The notes below the pieces were generated by a model. The model did not search any database. It saw nothing but the letters and a program-made list of their open reading frames with translations, and had not been told where the DNA came from. From an uncultured Verrucomicrobiota bacterium (GTDB taxonomy: Bacteria > Verrucomicrobiota > Verrucomicrobiia > Palsa-1439), in contig CAIKBP010000137.1 in assembly GCA_903825695.1 (NCBI GenBank), positions 1 to 28,603 of the forward strand: 28,603 nucleotides of DNA, read 5' to 3'. How positions within the stretch are numbered: position 1 is the first letter of the stretch; every line of letters begins with the position of its first letter. The translations under genes and the position numbers were made by a program. Of this stretch, positions 25,445 to 28,603 are shown one piece after another.

Positions 25445-27211
25445 ATGAACCGCAACGAGCGACTTCGTACTGCCGTTGTCCTCACACTCTTCGCTGCGGC
25501 GTTCGTCTCGCTGACCGTCAGCAGCTATACGCAAAAATCCGCCACGTGGGACGAGCCGCAACATATCACGGCCGGGTACATGGCGTTGCGGTTCCGCGAC
25601 TATCGCACCGACCTCGAACACCCACCGTTTCTGCGGATGTGGGCCGCGCTTCCGCTCCTCGCAATCCCGCACATCAAGACCGACACCAGCGTGATTGATC
25701 GAACTGGGCAGGTCGATTGGGTGCGCATCGGGCAATTCTTTTTCTCACACCAATTCATGTACATCGATAACGACGCGGACCGAATGCTTAATGGCGGACG
25801 CTTCATGATCGTTCTACTTGGGGTTTTGCTGGGCATTTTGCTTTTCAGTTGGGCGCGCGAGTGGCTGGGATTCTGGCCTGCAACCATCACCCTCGCTTTC
25901 TACACTGTTGAGCCGAATATCCTCGCTCACTCGACGTTGGTGACGACCGATTTTGGGCTTACATGCTTCTTTTTCGGCACGCTCTACTTTTTGTGGCGAA
26001 CGACACGCACTCTCACGATCGGAAATCTGGCGGGGTTAACGATTTTTCTAGCGCTTTCGGTCGTCAGCAAGTTTTCGGCTTTGGTGCTTGGACCAATTGT
26101 TCTGGCGCTTCTTGCCATTCATGCATGCCGAAGCGCTCCATGGGTCTGCCGGATTGGCCGGTCGGGGACACTTGCGACCAGCGCGAAGAAGGCGCTTGTT
26201 GCCATAGTCATCGTGGTGCTACTGGCTCTCGCGTCTTGGGGCATGATTTGGGCGGTGTACGATTTCCGGTATGCCCCCAGTCCCGCGCAGGCGGGGTGGC
26301 GGTTTCATTTTGAAGACGATCCCAGTCTGCAACAGCGGACGCCGCTCCTCGCAAAAGCCGCGGGTTGGATAGACTCGCATCGTCTTCTGCCCAATGCGTA
26401 CACAGAAGGTTTCTTGCTCGGGCAGGCAAAAGCTCAAGTGCGTGGGGCCTTCTTGGCGGGGCGATACAGCTTGAAAGGCTGGTGGTACTACTTCCCTGTG
26501 GCGTTTCTGATCAAGACACCCGTCTCGCTCGTTCTGCTGTTGATCGCAGGTCTGGTCATTTGTGCAAAACGCCGGGGAACATTCTTGCGGGATGAAATCT
26601 TTCTCCTGATGCCCATCGTGTGTTGTCTTGGGGCCGCCATGGCCGCCAAACTCAACATAGGGTTGCGACACATCCTGCCCATTTACCCGTTTGTGCTGCT
26701 CATGGCTGCGCTTGCAGTGGCTGAGTTTCTGGGAAGCAAACAGAAAAACGCTTATGCTGCCCTGATTGTCATTGGCCTGCTCTGGTTGTTCGAATTCGTA
26801 CGGGTTTACCCGGACTACCTTGCCTTCTTCAATCTGTCCATCGGCGGACCGCGCAACGGATACAAATACCTTGCCGACTCGAATCTCGATTGGGGGCAGG
26901 ACCTGAAGCCATTAAAGAAGTGGATGGACAAGAAAAATGTTCAACACGTCAATCTCGCCTACTTTGGCACGGCCGATCCTGCCTACTATGGGATGCAGTG
27001 CACATACCTGCCCGGTTCGCCGTTTTTTGCCGAGAATCTCGTTCGACACCCGCAACTACCCGGTTACGTTGCCGTCAGTACAACAATTCTGGACGGTGTG
27101 TATTTGAGCGATGCCGGACGGGCGTTCTACGCGAAGCTGCTCCCAGATAAACCCATGGCCATCATCGGACATTCCATCCACGTGTACTGGCTGGATAAAG
27201 CGTGGTGGTGA
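25445..27211 (+). CDS. GT-C fold membrane glycosyltransferase (PMT_2/GT39-like), paralog B
   Basis: SATWDEP...HPPFLRMWAALP, EPNILAHSTLVTTD, SKFSA, NIGLRHILPIYP and YLADSNLDWGQDL; colinear with paralog A. Confidence 0.85.
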   Translation: MNRNERLRTAVVLTLFAAAFVSLTVSSYTQKSATWDEPQHITAGYMALRFRDYRTDLEHPPFLRMWAALPLLAIPHIKTDTSVIDRTGQVDWVRIGQFFFSHQFMYIDNDADRMLNGGRFMIVLLGVLLGILLFSWAREWLGFWPATITLAFYTVEPNILAHSTLVTTDFGLTCFFFGTLYFLWRTTRTLTIGNLAGLTIFLALSVVSKFSALVLGPIVLALLAIHACRSAPWVCRIGRSGTLATSAKKALVAIVIVVLLALASWGMIWAVYDFRYAPSPAQAGWRFHFEDDPSLQQRTPLLAKAAGWIDSHRLLPNAYTEGFLLGQAKAQVRGAFLAGRYSLKGWWYYFPVAFLIKTPVSLVLLLIAGLVICAKRRGTFLRDEIFLLMPIVCCLGAAMAAKLNIGLRHILPIYPFVLLMAALAVAEFLGSKQKNAYAALIVIGLLWLFEFVRVYPDYLAFFNLSIGGPRNGYKYLADSNLDWGQDLKPLKKWMDKKNVQHVNLAYFGTADPAYYGMQCTYLPGSPFFAENLVRHPQLPGYVAVSTTILDGVYLSDAGRAFYAKLLPDKPMAIIGHSIHVYWLDKAWW

Positions 27212-27217
27212 GCCGCG

Positions 27218-27712
27218 CTACTCGTCTTCCTGTTCGCCTTCTTCCGTGGTTTTGTAGGGAAATTCGTTGCCACTTCCTTCTTGGCTCAGCTTCTGAAGCA
27301 ATCCCGACACATCCTCAACGGCATCAAACACTTTACGGGCAACGTAAATCGGGCTTTTTTGTTGTACCGCCAGCGCGATGCTGTCGCTGGGGCGCGCGTC
27401 TACTTCGACAATCTTTTTCCCAAGCTCGTTTTCCATCCGCAAAATAAGCCGTGCAAAGTAGGTGCTGTGTTTCAAATCATTGATGACTGCGCGCTCCACC
27501 CGCACCCCAAGTCCCTGAAAAATATGGCCGACAAGATCATGGGTCAACGGACGCTCTTTCGGCGTATTGCGCAGGAACATCGCAATAGCCGCCCCGACGT
27601 TGTGATCTACATAAATCACGAACGCCTTATTGTCGTTGCCAAGGAATACAGCGCAGCCGTTCGCGGTCGGAACCACGCCTCTGACTTCCACGGGTATCAC
27701 ATTGTTATTCAC
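27218..27712 (-). CDS. Bifunctional nuclease family protein (DUF151/BFN)
   Basis: RPLTHDL, TYFARL and VDARPSDSIALA motifs; GTG start with GGGAG SD; acidic tail and no UVR domain. Confidence 0.9.
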   Translation of the reverse strand: MNNNVIPVEVRGVVPTANGCAVFLGNDNKAFVIYVDHNVGAAIAMFLRNTPKERPLTHDLVGHIFQGLGVRVERAVINDLKHSTYFARLILRMENELGKKIVEVDARPSDSIALAVQQKSPIYVARKVFDAVEDVSGLLQKLSQEGSGNEFPYKTTEEGEQEDE

Positions 27713-27766
27713 ACCACTCCCATCCTACTGCCATTGCGCCAAAACGCAATCGCTTCGCCACCGCCA

Positions 27767-28315
27767 TCAGAAGAACATGATCGCAGCCGCGACCACCGAC
27801 GTGTACAAGCCCTGCGGCTGCCCCACTGCGGTTTGAGTGATGTTGCTGGTGCGGACGATCTTGCCGCTGATGCGGAACACTTCTTCCTTCTCGTCCCAAC
27901 CGGCGTCCTCGTTGAACTCCACGCCGAGCGTCGTGGCCAGCATAGCTGCTGCCATCTCTTCGACGAAATTGCCTGCCGTGGTGTCGTTCATCCCATAGGC
28001 ATGCAACTCGCTCAGATAACCATACGCGTCTTCCTCTGCCGGCTGCGCCACGCCGATCGACGCAGCAATCAAACGATGCGGCTCGTTCGTGGAGATCCGC
28101 GCTATCACGGCAAATGTGATCTGGCCGGGTTGCAGCAACTGCTCGCCTTGTTTGCGCGAGATGATTTTGCAGCGAGGCGGCAGGATGCTCGACACGGTCA
28201 CAAGATTACATTTCTCAATCCCCGCATCGCGCAACGCCATCTCGAAACTGCGCAACTCGTACTTGTGCGTGCCGACCCCCTTGGTCAGATACATTTTTGA
28301 GGGAACAAAATGCAT
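27767..28315 (-). CDS. pdaD: Pyruvoyl-dependent arginine decarboxylase
   Basis: LTKGVG...SFEMALRDAGIEKCNLVTV-SS-ILPP (Ser-Ser self-cleavage site), IAASIGVA, YGYLSE. True start MHFVPSK at 28315, not 28573. Confidence 0.92.
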   Translation of the reverse strand: MHFVPSKMYLTKGVGTHKYELRSFEMALRDAGIEKCNLVTVSSILPPRCKIISRKQGEQLLQPGQITFAVIARISTNEPHRLIAASIGVAQPAEEDAYGYLSELHAYGMNDTTAGNFVEEMAAAMLATTLGVEFNEDAGWDEKEEVFRISGKIVRTSNITQTAVGQPQGLYTSVVAAAIMFF

Positions 28316-28351
28316 GTCTTTCGCCCTGCAGGAGTGAGAAAAACAAATTCC

Positions 28352-28380
28352 TTGAAGCAATGCAAGAATTGAATCATCGT
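28352..28380 (+). promoter_or_regulatory. Possible sigma70 promoter for the amidase gene
   Basis: TTGAAG, 17-bp spacer, CATCGT. Confidence 0.4.
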
Positions 28381-28390
28381 GATGCGCGAA

Positions 28391-28603
28391 ATGGCGAAGC
28401 CCGGCATAACAGGAATGAAGCACCCGGTGACGATTGCGTTGATACAGATGCGCTGTGGCCCGCGGCCGCAACAAAATCTGCAGGTCGCAGAAACCCACGT
28501 GATCACAGCAGCGCGGCGCGGAGCTAGAATCGTCTGCCTCCCGGAACTGTTCCGTACCCAATACTTCTGCCAATCCGAGGAATTCAGTGCGTTTGATTTG
28601 GCC
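28391..28603 (+). CDS. aguB: Carbon-nitrogen hydrolase, probably N-carbamoylputrescine amidase (3'-truncated by the window edge; not in the ORF track)
   Basis: Hand translation gives MAKPGITGMKHPVTIALIQMRCGPRPQQNLQVAETHVITAARRGARIVCLPELFRTQYFCQSEEFSAFDLA. The CLPELF..xYFCQ motif contains the nitrilase catalytic Glu and is typical of AguB/CPA. Start is either 28391 or 28415. Confidence 0.8.
   Translation, partial: MAKPGITGMKHPVTIALIQMRCGPRPQQNLQVAETHVITAARRGARIVCLPELFRTQYFCQSEEFSAFDLA

Noticed and set aside
27281-28300. 339-aa plus-strand ORF spanning both the nuclease and pdaD genes
   Set aside because: It stays open across the intergenic gap, but the translation is an unstructured mirror of the two real genes. 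Chance is the simpler explanation.
28316-28573. 86-aa N-terminal extension of pdaD in the ORF track
   Set aside because: It is antisense to the aguB coding region, and similarity to PdaD begins at MHFVPSK (28315).

Overview
This is a mostly core-genome window of roughly 58-60% GC (estimated by eye). It is most consistent with a Verrucomicrobiota/PVC bacterium, judged from the L28 type, the alpha2-type GlyRS, the fused SecDF and the plant-like AHAS. Left to right it holds: the 3' end of lpxA; a minus-strand run LysM lipoprotein-phoH-ybeY-DUF502-recO; a plus-strand operon of a DUF3108-like exported protein, a DHS-like-fold unknown enzyme and heptose-7-phosphate kinase; a 4-PAS hybrid histidine kinase preceded by an internally deleted GAF remnant and a near-consensus sigma54 promoter with a GGA-rich leader; glyQS and rpmB; the minus-strand run tgt-yajC-secDF-recJ; a second PAS hybrid kinase; a stand-alone ilvB with a hairpin leader; three tandem GT-C (ArnT/PMT-like) glycosyltransferases; a DUF151 nuclease with a pyruvoyl arginine decarboxylase; and, divergently, the 5' end of an N-carbamoylputrescine amidase that is missing from the ORF track. 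I saw no rRNA, tRNA, CRISPR array, transposase or integrase. The best candidates for undescribed biology are the DHS-fold enzyme coupled to the heptose kinase, the sigma54/GGA-rich leader (possible Csr-type sRNA or attenuator), and the GT-C triplet. All homology calls come from motif recognition by eye; no database search was run.
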